Positions 1 to 13,621 of a stretch of DNA of 64,000 nt are shown here, one piece after another. Below the pieces are notes generated by a model, which saw only the letters and a program-made list of their open reading frames with translations, ran no database searches and was not told where the DNA came from. Origin of the DNA: Lama guanicoe (taxonomy: Eukaryota); NCBI GenBank assembly GCA_013239625.1, contig MU055594.1, forward strand, positions 8,116,117 through 8,180,116, given 5' to 3'. The position numbers were made by a program, and so were the translations under genes. Each line of letters starts with the position of its first letter. Position 1 is the first letter of the stretch.

Positions 1-1692
1 ACGTGGCAGTTGCCACAGCAACCCATTTTTGTGATTTGCAGAATAAAGGAACAAACCAGATGTAAACTATCAGTCAATAAACTTCCGTTGTCATAGAAGA
101 TGGGAACATACGTAGTCTCATTTGGTCAATATATAAACTTTTGTGTTGTCTTGTTCTCATCTGTTCCTTTCCACGTGTTGTCAGGAATTAGCAGTCTTCT
201 CTTTGGCTGCATCATTTCTGAATTTCATACTTGATATAACTGGATACAACTAGGTGTCAGAATTCTAGAAGGGTGTTGTTGCGAAATGAAGGTGATTTGA
301 CATCGATATTGTCATTTTTCCACATGTTGACACATGGATTCCTTGGTTTATCTCATGGAGAAAAATCAAATTGTTTTCAAGGGCACTTTAAAAGGTTTTG
401 TGATTATTTTATTTGGAAATACGTATTTTCAGTCTGCAGAGATGAGTGTACTTTTGTCTCCCTGATTCCTTTCCTGTGGAAATCAAATTGCTCTGTCCTG
501 GGAGCTTTTGGAAGTCAATGGCCATGTTTTTGGTCTCTGTATTGTGGCAAGTGGACCCACATTTTGGGCCCAACTTAAGTCTATCAGCTGTTGTACCTGC
601 AGCGCCTCTTCCTTCCATCCTCTTTTTTTTTTCTCTTCTCTTTCGTGTAAGCCTCTCCCCTTCCCTCTGCTTGATTTTACTTTCTTCTCCAGTATTTCAG
701 AAGTCACTATCCTCTCAATCCCAAAGAGATTTTGCCCCTACTTCTAGTGGGATGAGAACCTGGCCATATGGGTGCATGTTTTTAATTTGATAAATAAATG
801 CACCTTATAGCTTATTAGGAAACACTAACAATCCCTTCCCCTGCTGCCCCCTGGCAAGTCCTCCACCTTTTCTATTTCTAATAACAACTCTCCCTTTCTG
901 TCCATTTAAGCATTTGTTCCAAAAAGCTAAAGCCTGAACAGACTAGGTAGGGGGATTTAACGATGGGATTTTCTAGTATTTAGCACTGTGTTAAACTATT
1001 GCTGGCAACCATACTCAGCAGTTTCATGTATAATATCTCACCCTTTTTTTTAAACTGCTCTGAGCAGCAATCAAAGTGATGCTGCTAGTTACCTAACTGA
1101 CAGCATGAGGATACATGAAATATGTAGACTTGGAGGCCTAGCAACAGATGTGAAAACATTGCTAGAACACAGGGTGGCACTCGGTAAATCTACAGCAGAT
1201 GACATAAGACATTGCTTCCCTCTTTAGAATAATATTGAATTGTGGCTTACAGAACTATACATTTATGGGAAAGTGGGAAAGACAATTGTATGACTACTGT
1301 CTCTTCTCTACCTGGGGCTTCATCATCTCTACTCCACAAAACTAGCTCTTGCTGTGGGAAATGGAGGTGTTTATGTGCATACGTGAAGGAAGGAAGGAAG
1401 AAAGGAAGAAAGGAATTCTTCAACAGCAAGAGATATTTTTCTAGCAAATTTGGCTTTCAGAATGGTGACCTGAATATAAGCCCCAACCCAGAAATAGGAG
1501 TGGTATTACGCTTGGGAAGTGAAAATGAAATTGTAGCCTTTCCTCCAAACCTGTATTACAGGCATATCACTTTTTACTATTCCCCTTTGGCTCCACATTT
1601 AACCTCAGTACCTCCTAAGCAGCCAGTGCAAATACTTTATCTTAACTCTGCTGCTCTCTGGCACTCTGAGAAGGATATTCCTTATGGACAGA

Positions 1693-1905
1693 CAGCCTAG
1701 TGATTAAGGGATCAGACATAGACTCCACTTCTTCCTCTTCCTCTGTCATTGATTTCTCATCTATTACAAGGTGAGTGGGAACAGTACCTACTTCAGAGAA
1801 ATGTCATGAAAATTAAATTAAGAGAACACATTAGTTTAAAAAAATTTTCTTAATAGTAACTGCACTGGGAACATACGAAGTAATTAATAAATGTTAATCA
1901 CTATC
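1693..1905 (+). mobile_element. MIR SINE fragment
   Basis: ctcatct...acagtacctacttcagagaaatgtcatgaaaattaaa...aataaatgtta, MIR core and tail. Confidence 0.65.
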
Positions 1906-4900
1906 ATATTAGTGATAGTCATAATAATGGTCAAATTTATTAGAATTTGTTGGAACTGGAGAAATGGCAGAGCAACACAGAGCTACTTGAATGGCATTTG
2001 ATTTCCTTAAAAGGTTGTAGAATTTTACTTGCTTTGCAGATTTTTTTTTTATTATTATTTCTATAAGAACTCTTAAAATGCACCACAATATTAGTCATCT
2101 CAATTCTGTGGCATGTCTTACAAGAAGAAATATTCTGGGAAACTAGGTACAAGTAAGTATGGCTAGACTTAATTGAAAAACTTGTGAACTGGTAAGAACA
2201 GTTGGGAGATGTCAAAAAAAGTCAATAGTATTTGTCTGTGTGAAAGTGTATGCACGTGTGCCTCCATGTTTGTGTGAAGTTAGAACTGAAATAGACAGAA
2301 CTGTAGAAGTACCATAAGTTGTAGAAGTCAACTATAAACCTAGAAAAATTCTAGTATGACTTTTAAGATGATGGGATAGGACAGTTGTCATTTGAGATGT
2401 GGTTACATTTGAGAGGAAACATACCTTCTGGAGATGGTTAAAAAAGTAATTTAAACGGCATTCATTAGTACTCAAGGATTTTTCAAATGAGAGAAAATAA
2501 AAACTGTCTCGAAAGTCGTTTTGATAAATGAACACTCTATGCTCTAAAAGAAGGTCATGCCATCATCAGCAATTTACATTTTATTTTAGCAACTCAGGGC
2601 CTTGGGTACTCGTTGTTCGATACTGTGCATTCTTTGGAGAGGAAACTTAAAGCAGCATTTTTATAAAAGTTAAGAAGTAAGTTTGAAATGAAATTATAAT
2701 TTCAAAGTTTGCGATTATTTTATATGTGTTATAAAGCTTCTTAGGCCCCCAGCAAAGAGGATGAGGGCAGGATGGTCTCAGTGTCCTTAAAACTGGGGAT
2801 GGAATATCCAAGAGGAGTAGAAATTTCCAGTAGAATAGTGCAAAGAATTGTGTCATTCTATTTCAATTTTGGATAACTATGAAACTGGCTTTTTATATAG
2901 TTACCATTTTTTAAATTTGTGGTTTTCCATTTAATAATTTCTCTCTTTTTCTCTTATTTGCCTGATTTAAAATGAAATAAAACAACTCTTCACCTGAAAC
3001 CACTTCAGGCCACAAATTCAAAACCCAGGTCCCAGGTAATTAACATGCTTGATACAGAACAGCCACCACACATTAATGTCAGGAAAATGTCAATCTAAAG
3101 AGGCATCTTGAAGACTGACTGGATGGTAGAGACTTGGGCTTCTGCCAGGCTCTAGCATCTTAGACTTTGTACACATACCGGCCCTTCACAGGGAAAGCAC
3201 TGCTGAATTTCTCTACAAAGTTGAGTTTGGGAATTTTGGTCATAATGATGCTTAAGAAAAGGAATGATTTGATAGGAGCACGTGGTCAATCTTTTTTAAG
3301 CTCTGTCATCACAGTCAGTGTGCTGTGAAATAATCACTAGGCACGGATTGAATCACCTGGTTTGTGGTTCCAATTATGTATTTAAGTAGTGAGGTCACTT
3401 GGAGCAAGTGACTTGCTATCTGTAAAATCTCTCTCACTTTCATGGTTCTGTTACACTGGGTCTGACTTCTTGTATTATTCAGTGGTATTTCAAGGCAAAT
3501 CAGTAGGCAGTGTAGAATTCATCCATTAGTGATGCCAGTGGCAGTTTCTGTATAACCCTCAGTTGAATTCCATATAGAATATGATAGAGCATTTGAAAAT
3601 AGGAGTTCACATGAACATGTGGGGAAAAGGTTTTTGTCCATTTCTGGTAGACACTCATACTAAGAATATGTGATCTACCACCCTACAGTCATCACCTGAG
3701 AGCTAAGAAATGACTCTGGATGGTGGACCTCTTTAGACTTGGGACTACTGTTAGTTACCTCAGGCTCACAAGCATTTTAACCAAGAGCATCTATTTAAAT
3801 ATCTCAATTAGATCCCTCACAAACCCTTAAATCACTTAGCCCTACCCCATTCCCAATCTTCTCTTGGGAAAAATACAACACATTATACCTACTGTATGCA
3901 TAGTCTGCCTAATTTAAGCAAGTCATTGTTCATTACCAATAAGCAATTTTTTCCTAAACCTAAAACAAAAATGGCAGACAATGGACATGAAGAAAAGACT
4001 TGACTCTTTAACCACTGGTTCTGAATCTTTGTGCAAAAAAAATCACTAGGGATTCTTAGGTGTCTCTGTCAGAGATTCTGTGTTAAAAATAAGCACCATG
4101 AATTTGCTATTGATCATCACAGACACAGCTTAATAAATTTTGATTTAATGTTAAAAATGAATCAGAATATAAAAACACATATATAACATCAGGCAATGAA
4201 TGTGTTTCACAGTACTTTTGGAATATGGTGCCTTCAAAGATCTTGATCGAATAACACCCGTTAAAATGAGAAGATTATAGATAGATAGGTAGGTAGATAG
4301 ATTTGGTTCTATTTGCTGTATTATACATCAGCAAATATATGTTATACATCATTTCTTACTGGTATCTCAAGATTCTATTTGTTAACTATGGCTGTAATCT
4401 ACAGTCGTTGACAAAATAATCATGATGTGGCTTATCTGAATGAGTGACTAAATGATAAATTATTTTAGAATATCTTCCCTTTCAAAGATTCCTAGAAGTC
4501 TCTATCAAGTAGAGTACAGAATAGCACATTGATTTATAATTAAACATAATTATGTCAAAAGGAAGACCTCATGCTTAAATGAAGTTAAGAACTCAATATA
4601 CCATTACCTTCAATGTGGTATGGGAAGGAATAAAGGCAAAATATGGTGGTCAAAGAGGAGTTACTATTCTAGAGAGGAAAAAAATCATGGGGCAGATTTG
4701 AACTTATGTTTGCCATCTTTTCTAAGTGTACAAAACATAGAAAACATACAAAGAAGTTTCAAATATTTCCCAAACTTGGGGAGCTACATTTACGGGGAAG
4801 GAAAGGGTTGAAAGATTGTTCTGTCTGTTCAATTTGCAGGATATTTATGGCCTGGAAAGCTTTCCTTATTTCATTTCTGATTTCCATTCCCTAAGAAATG

Positions 4901-5259
4901 GTAAAAATCTTAGAGATTCACAAGTCCTTTTGGGAATTCAACTATGATATATATATATTTTTTTTTTCATCACACTGCTGAAATTACATAAATGAATAGG
5001 AATGTTGAAGTAGAAAATCTACAAATTATACTTTTAGTTTGGATGAATTGTAGTATATGAAGTGCTCCTTACATTATTTATGAGATACTGATCAGGTTGC
5101 ACCATGTAGTGAAACTAAGGTTTGATTGATCATTATATAAGCTTTCTGGTCTTCGCTGAGGAACTTAAAACCATGGAAAGAGTCTGTTGTTGGATTCTTG
5201 GGCATAAAAAGTAAAGTGCTTCCCAAAGGATACATAGGTCATGCTTATTCTAATATATA

Positions 5260-5462
5260 TGCAAATAGCATGATTTCAATAGAATGGGATTTGAAGTCCA
5301 CAATCAGGGTTCAAATTAGGAGCTGGACACATGGGAAGTTAGACAAATGCATCCCCACTCTGAGCTTCTGTTCCTCGTGGAGGTGTGAAGTTAGGTGAGA
5401 TGAGGTGTATGAAGAGCTTAACCAGGGTCCAGGGTGTGGTCCATATTGAATAACCATTGGCC
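5260..5462 (+). mobile_element. MIR SINE
   Basis: gggttcaaat B-box, ctctgagcttctgttcctc, gtgagatgaggtgtatgaagagctta. Confidence 0.7.
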
Positions 5463-5493
5463 AGAATCCCTGTTTTTCTCCTTTGCTACCTCA
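5422..5493 (-). other. Orthologue of human LRRN3 alternative non-coding exon 2 (antisense MIR-derived); may not be spliced in this species
   Basis: Minus strand GGCCAATGGTTATTCAATATGGACCACACCCTGGACCCTGG resembles the recalled human exon end GGGCAACATTTATTTAACATGCTCCACAGCCCGGACCCTGG. Pyrimidine tract plus ACAG acceptor is present; the sequence after the exon end reads TTAAGC. Confidence 0.55.
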
Positions 5494-6494
5494 CTGTTGT
5501 GTATGAATGTAAGAAGTAGAACGAAAAAAATCAGTGGAAAAGTTGAATTTAAATTTTATATATCTGTCTTTACTTCAGACCTGTGTTGAGTTAGTTTATT
5601 CATCATGCACAGATACTTTCACCTTCTGTCACCTCCAGCTTGAATTACAATTTTCTGTTGCCTAATTATTTATAATTGTTTAAAAAAAAAACCTTCATTC
5701 TGATAAGAAAATACTTATGAACATGAGCACTGTAAATGCCATTCCTAATCATTGGAAGAATTGTCAGGAACATTTTGGCCTTAATTTCACATTCAGCTTT
5801 TTCTATGTAGGACAGTCAGATTGAAGGGCTCCCCTGGTAGCTCTTGGAGGAGGTCAGTCAGCGAGAAACGCTGAAGTTTTGCAAACAGCTGGGATAGAAC
5901 TGTTCTGCTGAAGTTTTAGGTTTGGCTCAGCAAGCTCCTTTTGAAAAAATGGATTACAGCTTTCATCAATTCACTTTACAGAGCTAGAAACTTACTACTA
6001 CTGAGAAGGATTGATGAATTTCATTGACAATGGATGATCATACCAGCAGTAAAATAGAATTCAGACGGTATTTGCCTTCCTCGTTTAAAGGATAAGACAT
6101 GAAGAAAGAAAGGACCCCCAGATTGGAGCTGGAGCCAGGAAGAATTGTTATAAATGATGAGAATTGAGACCTATGAGCTAAGCTTTGCATTTTTCCTTTG
6201 TGCCAGTTATTACACTGCATGACCTCAGGTAAAGAGGGATGTTGAATTCTACTTGATGGAAAAATAGTGAAGGAAGAAGACTATATACCTATAAGCCACT
6301 GGTAGAAGATCTGGCAGTGAAGTGAACTGGAAGAATCATATTAGGTGATCAAATGGATAGTGGTACTCCAGTATAACTAAGTGAACCATCACTTTTTCCT
6401 CAGAAACAAAAAAAGAAGAAATTATGAAAGAATGAATCATGCCAAAAAAATAATATCCTAGTATAAGAAGAATGCAGACTGACATAGATCCCTT

Positions 6495-6710
6495 TAATCA
6501 GTTAATTAGGTAAGGCAAAGTTACTTTTCTTCATGAAGCCTTATTTTTCTCATCTGTAAAATGGGATTAATAACAGTACTGGCTTCATATGGTGATTATG
6601 AGGATTAAATGAGAAAATGTTCATGAAGTGAGAAAATCCATGTGCAGTGTTCAGCACAGTATTTGGCACAGAAAATTCTTTATGTAATAAATGAAATCTG
6701 ATAATATTAT
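6495..6710 (+). mobile_element. MIR SINE
   Basis: ctcatctgtaaaatgggattaataacagtac...gaggattaaatgaga...cagcacagtatttggcacag. Confidence 0.85.
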
Positions 6711-8979
6711 GATCATTCCCTTAGCCAGGAAAGGACTGTTAGAGAAACATAGTGTGATTTGAGCTCGTAAGTCCCCTGCTAACCATATTTTATGTCATAA
6801 TACATGTAATTCTTCATTTCTTTGACCATTTTGTCCAACAGCAGCAGAATGTGACACAATTTATAGTGTAAATGAAAAATGAGACTTGGATATTTACATG
6901 GAATTTGCTTGCTCATTAAAAATAAAGTCACTGATTAAGGAAAAGTTACTTTGGTAACCACCTGATTTTATAAAGTTAGCTGAACAACACCTGTGACACT
7001 CTTAGAGCAGCTGTCATGTTTGTGAAAAAATATGTGGGTGACAGCCTACAGTAAGAGGAACACATATAAATTGTATGTTTGGTGAGTGAATCAGTTCAAC
7101 TCTTCACACAAAAAATTGACTTGTTGGATGAAAACAGTTTAAGCTCGTATCTTGTAACAGCATTTTACTTGTTTTTCATTCAAGAATTACCAGGAATAGA
7201 CCTTTCAAGTTTTAAAGGGCTTAGAACAAATTTTTTGCATATATGGTGGTAGCATTGTTTTTCTTGTCTCATTGTACTGCACTTTCTCTTCAGTGAAACA
7301 ACATTGTCATCTACACTCAGGCCCCATTTTCATCTACTCTGTTGTTGGGTTCTCAATGCCTTAGGCACATGCAGCGTAAGGCTACTGACTCCTTGTAGAA
7401 ATCAAAATATGATCTATCTAGAGGTGTATTAAAATTACCTCCTGCAGCTATTGAAATTTCAGTAAACGTCATTGTGGTCTCATACACTCTTTGTAGAATA
7501 TATTAGTTATTTGGTGTTTCTGAGTGACTGATTTTTGATGAAAATAGAACTAAACATGGAGCCCAGAGATACTGTTGGCAAACCACCGTAAGACCAGTAT
7601 GTCTTGGGCATATGAATATAGCAATGAGGAAAGTATTCTAATGACGTAAAGGCCAGTATGAATTGACTGTCTGAAAATTATGTTTGTTTTTAGCATTTTT
7701 TTTGAGTTTTAATTTTTTTAAACAAAAGTAAACTAAATTTGTGACAATGTAATTTAAATGGTTTGACCTTTCAGTGCTATAAGATAGTAAGATATTATGG
7801 AGCAAATTGTACCAGCGGAATGAATCTACTAAAATATTTGCCCTTGTTCCTTTATAGTCATTTTATTAATTCAATTTCCTGATTTTAGAGAATGTTTGTA
7901 ATAAAACGCATTTAGTCCTCTTCACTCCCAGTGCAAATGAGGCCTCTCTAAGTATTTTCTGTAGTCAGAATATCCAGTATCACTCGTGTCATTGGTGTGT
8001 GTTCTGAGCCTGAGCCTTCCTGAAGCCCACTGCTTGGCCAGAGCACATTAGTAGGCTCAGTTCCAGGGGAATACACTCTCCCATTCCTGGAGTCACTGCT
8101 TTGTACAAGTCGGGAAACACTGCTTCCTCTCTCACTCCTCAGGGAGTTAAATCCCAGGAGTTTCAGGACTCTAGAAATAGAAAATGTTGCCTGTTGATGC
8201 TAAGCCTTTAGTTGCTTCAGGGGGTTACTGGGAAGTCCTGGGGCCTCTTCAATGCCGACAAGGGGTAAAAAATGGTAATGTTTATACTCTTTCCTAAACA
8301 GTAGCTGATAATCTGGAATGCTTCACCTTCTGGAAGTAAAGCTTGACATGATAACATTTACAACATGTGATTTAGGGATTTTCATTTATTCCAAGGATGA
8401 TATTACTTTTGAGAGACTAAATCTCCCTTAGAAAGGGCCCTAAGAATAATCTGAATATATATATTGTCATTTTGAGGTCATAATGTGCCATTTTCCTCTA
8501 AGACTAACTAGCAAGGAAATGGCAGTGAAGTTGCTTTTCTAGTGAACTTTATCCATTGGTGGTGCTTCACGTAACTTTGAGGGCTTGGTTCATAATTTTC
8601 CAGAAACCTGGACTGTGTCTAAATAATTTACTCACCCCATTTTATCCAGTTTTTGAGACCTTTGCCAACTATCTGTTTATCATAGTGCTAATGCTGTCAG
8701 ACAAACATATGGGTGAGTAGGTAGAAGACATGTAATCTTTTTCTCCAAGAATAGGTTGTGTTTTTCTTATTTGACTCAGGCATATGATTAGCTGTGATGT
8801 AAACTGAGAAGTAGAGGTTTTTTTTACTTGCAGAAATCTATACACATATAGTGTGGTATGGTGCCAAGGACATAGAACTTGAAAGGGTTATTCTTGAATG
8901 GGATTGCAAGACAAAGGGGAGTGATATTTACTAATGGGCTCACAAAGTGCCAGGTTCTATGATCAGTGCTGTACCATTT

Positions 8980-9180
8980 TGTGAGTCAGAATACCCAGCT
9001 CCTCCACATGTTAGCTTCCTGACCACGGCCAGTCTCTGACCTCACAGAACCTCATTCTCCAATCTCAATTAAAATAGAGATCATCATCATCATTCCTACC
9101 TCACAAGGTTGCTGTGAGGAGTAAATGGCATTTATTCTATAAACAGTATAGCTCTCGACAGTCACAATTACCATGTTACA
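8980..9180 (+). mobile_element. MIR SINE
   Basis: cccagctcctccac...cctacctcacaaggttgctgtgaggagtaaatg. Confidence 0.75.
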
Positions 9181-12100
9181 TTTTTGTAAACTTCTTTACC
9201 TCTACAAAATTTTTGAGTCAGTTAATTAATCTTAGAGAAATTTGCCAAAAAAGAAAAAAAAATAGGGTGGTGAAATTAAGGAGCTATGTCATTGTCTACA
9301 AAGTTTCTCTAACTTTGGAAATGAACTTGGAAAAGGCAGAATGGAGAGAGGAAAGTAGGGATTGCTATTCTGAGAATATCCTCTGTGAGGTGTACAACCA
9401 AAGCATGAGAATGGCCACTGCATAGAAAGAGGACACATCTAAGTGCCTTAAACTGTTACAGTGAAACCCAGTGAAAAAGGACTGGAGAGTCTCTTCAGAA
9501 TTCCTCGGAAAACTTACAGTGGATGCTGAGTAGCTGAATTTCTATAGGTGAAGGATAGCAGTATTATTATTTAGATTTTTAAAAAGAGGGCAATCCCTAA
9601 TTTTTAAGACTCGTTACAGAATATAGCATACTATATCCTCCCAACTATGAGTTTGAAATATTTGGTTGGTAGATACTTAACAAATTGTTATTGCTTCTAT
9701 TGTTCACTTTCTGCTTTTACTTTTAGAGTATTTGATTATCTAGATAAACATCTCTTTAAGGTTTTTTTTTTGGCACATATCTATGAGCTTTTTTTCTTTT
9801 CTTTAAGAATATTGTCTTTGAGTGAGTGAACAGGCAGACTTTTAAGGGACTGCTGGAAGGCACGCTCGGAGAGATTCTATATTAGGCTTCCAATAAAGAG
9901 CTGAGTTATGTGGGGTAGGTGTTAAACTCTTTGGGCCTCAGTTTCTTGACCTGTAAAGCGAGCGTATCAGACCATTTACCAAAGGTGCCATTCATTCCTA
10001 AAATTGTCCTGTTACACGAAAACATCTCCCCCTTTTTCATTCCCCTGTGCCCAGGTTGTGTAATGTAATTTTATGAATGGCACCTTTAAAAAAAATCGCC
10101 CTCCCTCATCACAACCTAAAGATAAATTAACATAACAGCAAGCAGTTATATACAAATATGACAATTACACAAAAGTAGTAGATGGCCCAGGGGCACTTCA
10201 TTTCTTCATAAAATCTAAGATGTGCATTTTGACATCTCTGCTCTGCCTGACTTAATGACCTCCAAACAGCATCTACTGAAATTTTCTTCTACCCCTCCCA
10301 TCAAGTTAAAGAAGGCATCTTTATTTCTCCCTGTTACTTTTCCTATCCTCTGGCACCACGTACTTTCTTTACATTAACTTTGATTCCCTTTTGCATCATG
10401 GCTGAAGGAATGATTGCTGTCATATTCTACTTGCTAGGTGTCTGACCAGACATCACTTCTTCAGAAGAGGCGGGGAGGCATTCACTGCGCTCTGCGCGGG
10501 ACCTGTGTTCAGTTGCAACACAGTGAAGCTTTCCAAAGCGCTCATCGTATAGGCAACGTCAGAGAGCTTTCTCTTTGGCAGCACTGACAAGGTGTCCTGA
10601 TGTACTGCCTCATGTTTACCTGCTTTATTTAGTTTCATGGGACCAAGGAGTGATACATAAGTGGTTAAACCCTCAGAACAAGGTCTACATAGAACATTTC
10701 AGTGGGCCACAGATTGGCCGGAGCTACATTATTTTAAATTATTCTTTGGGGGCATCCTTACTGAGTCTAGAAGCAGGGACTAATTTTTTAGCGTGTTATT
10801 AGCTTCTTTTTAAATGATCTCCTTCAGATTCCCCAACAGATAACTCATCTGTGATCATCTGCAGGGGCTGCTAATTAAGTAATAATACTTAACTTATGTA
10901 AGTGTAATTTTTTTGGACTCAAGTTACAAACCTTTCTCATCAACTTAATTAGTTTGTGATAAAGAGTATAATGTCATGTTACATTGGCATTTTGCACCAG
11001 AAAAAATTCAGAGTAAGGGTTGGGAGTGAAACATCAAATCCATTCTGTGGCCAAAAATTATGGTAAAAAATTAAAAAGCAGTAGGTATAAAAAAGGACAA
11101 AAATAATAACATACAATTAGTGAATTATAAGTTGATCACCTTTTTCATAGGTCCATAAATTGCTAGCCTAGAAAGCTGATAACACTGTTTTTAAGCCATT
11201 AACGACAGCAGCAACAACCCACCGAGGGAAAAATTCCACCTACTATTCAGCATTCTAACTCAGCGTGTTGCCTGTGACAAGCAGCACTCTGAAAAGATGG
11301 TCTTTTGAAGCTTATCTTGCGAGAAAGCTATTATTTGTGGTATAGCAACATGATTGGGGGAGACTGTGGTTAAGTCATCCAGGCATGCTCATATGTCCAT
11401 CAGCTGGCACTGGCAGATGCTCATCAGATCACCAAACTCCTTGGCACACACCTAGTGACAGCCCTGGGGGCCTGGAGTGATTGTATTTCTCAGACTCAAA
11501 AGGGCAAGTTATTGATCTCTGTAATCCACAAAATATGTATGTGAGCTTTACCAAGGTTAAAGAGTGAATCTACTGTTCTTCGGTGTCATTGATTGCAATT
11601 TTTAAATAGGTTGGGTAGGATTTAAGCATGTGTGTGTTTGGTATGAAAAGTTTCCTCAGAAGAGGTCTAAGAAAACCTGAAATCAATACTGCAATGCTAC
11701 ATTATACCGGAGTTAGAAATCGGGAGGTTGAGTATCTGCTTCAAGCTTTCTCCCTTGGTGAGGAACTTAGGAGGTACCTCAAAATACCAGATCTGTTCTG
11801 TTGCAAAAGCAGCACTTCTGATGAATAGTAGAAAAGCAAATACAACACCCTTTCCTCTTTGTAATTAATCATTTTGTTTTTTCTATAGATTGCATGTGGT
11901 GTTTGAGGCAGAGCGAGCGAGCCTGCCAATATTTCTAGCTAATGCTTCAGCACCTTTCATTTTTCACTCTGAGCAGGAAACCTCTTCTTAAACTTGTTCA
12001 TTTTACAGAGGGAAAATCGAAGCTAGTGGCATATTGTCAGAGCTGCTCTATTGTCATCATTTCCAAAGGTCACTGGAATTAATTGACTTCTTACATTACA

Positions 12101-13263
12101 TATTGTAAAGTGACTCATTTTTTTGACACATTTATGGGAAAGTGGCAGGATCTAAGTGGCTGGTTATTGTCTCTTGGTTTTGGCTTCTATTATAAAGTAG
12201 AAAGCAATCATAAGTCTGATATCACAGTTTTAGGGGGAAAAAATAACATACAGTTCGAAAGAATCAGTCTCCATTAACTATTTGGTCAGTTGAACTCGAG
12301 GAAGGGGGAGAGAGCTTCAGAAGATGAAATGTAAATACTAGGTTTGTTTGAATGTTTTTACAGGACCCAGTAAAGGGGTAGTGAATGTTTCTCTGAACAT
12401 CCTCAGTTGATGTTGTCTGTTTGAAAGCATATTCTAAGTAGCTAGCTTCCTTTATACGCCTGGAAGTGTAAATTAACCCACACTGTATTCCATGAATCAT
12501 CACTGCATGGATGCTCATAGTTTACTGAGAGCAATTCCATCTCAAAGGCATTGCTTCTGAAACTAAAGAGGAGAAACGTAGGGTATGAGCAGTATTTACA
12601 GTGCCAGGGCACACTATTCTCTAGGTAGGTATTACGAATCCTTACATCTTCCTTTTTTTAATTTTTCACATGATCCGCTTTTCACTAAATGACGACGGTT
12701 CTACTCATCCTCATAGTCTGCTTTCACGAAAATTAGAGGCATGGAAACAAGGACATATTGTTAAAAATGAATAAATTAGAGGCGAATTAAGCCATCTAGC
12801 TCAGTAACAGCAAAGGGAATATAGCAGTTGGATTGAACAAACAATCTTCTTAAATAGGAAATGTACTTTAAAGCCATCCTACTGTGATCCAGTTAATTAC
12901 AGAGAAGATTAGAACTCTTCTGGTTCATGGGATCCTTTTACCTAGAGTGTGTCTGTTCCAGCTGCATTAGCAATCAGACATTTGCACTGTCCCTTCAGAC
13001 CAGCGAGGGGATGTTATTAAAGGGAAGTCATTTACCCCAATCCATAAGAGGTAGCCTGGCAGAAATTCAATAACTGTTTGTGATATGCTCATTCTGCCAC
13101 TCTGCTTGGTGGTTTTAGCTCTTGACATATAACAGCATTTGCCTTAATCTCCAACCACTAGGTGAAAGGGAGAAAAATGCCCCGTTTGGGGGGGTTGGTT
13201 TCAAAACACAGCATGATGTCTGATCTGCTTTTCATTACAAATAATGGGAAGAAAAAGGAAAAT

Positions 13264-13385
13264 CCCCGCGCCCCCTCTCCCTCTCCTCTCCTCTGGTCTT
13301 CTGTCCCACTGTCCCCTTCTCTTCTGTCTCCCTCCTTTCTCTCCTCCCCCCAGCACTGCTTTTTCTCTCCTACTCACATCCTCTG
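13264..13385. repeat. C/T-rich low-complexity tract
   Basis: ccccgcgccccctctccctctcctctcc...ctcctcccccc. Confidence 0.8.
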
Positions 13386-13621
13386 ATGGGCGTTCAAGCT
13401 AGTAAAATTCATGTTGGAGAATCCCACAAACACAGCTAGGCATACACAGAGCCAGAGGGCTTTTGCATTTGAATTTCCTCTCCAAAGTAAAATGGAAAGA
13501 AAAATACTCTCAGAATTCAGACAAGAACACATCAAAAGAGAATTTAGCTGTAAAAAGAAACAAGCATCACCTCAACAAGAAATAGAACACGTTTAAATAG
13601 AAATGTATATTTCAAACTTAC

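Larger units (their letters stand above)
1..13621 (-). other. LRRN3: LRRN3 5' intron sequence; coding exon lies beyond the left edge
   Basis: Downstream of the exon-1 donor; no long LRR-type ORF in 1-13621. Confidence 0.7.

Noticed and set aside
273-1700. Cluster of 66-152 aa ORFs
   Set aside because: Low-complexity F/L/S-rich translations, no recognisable domain, no LRR pattern, many non-ATG starts.
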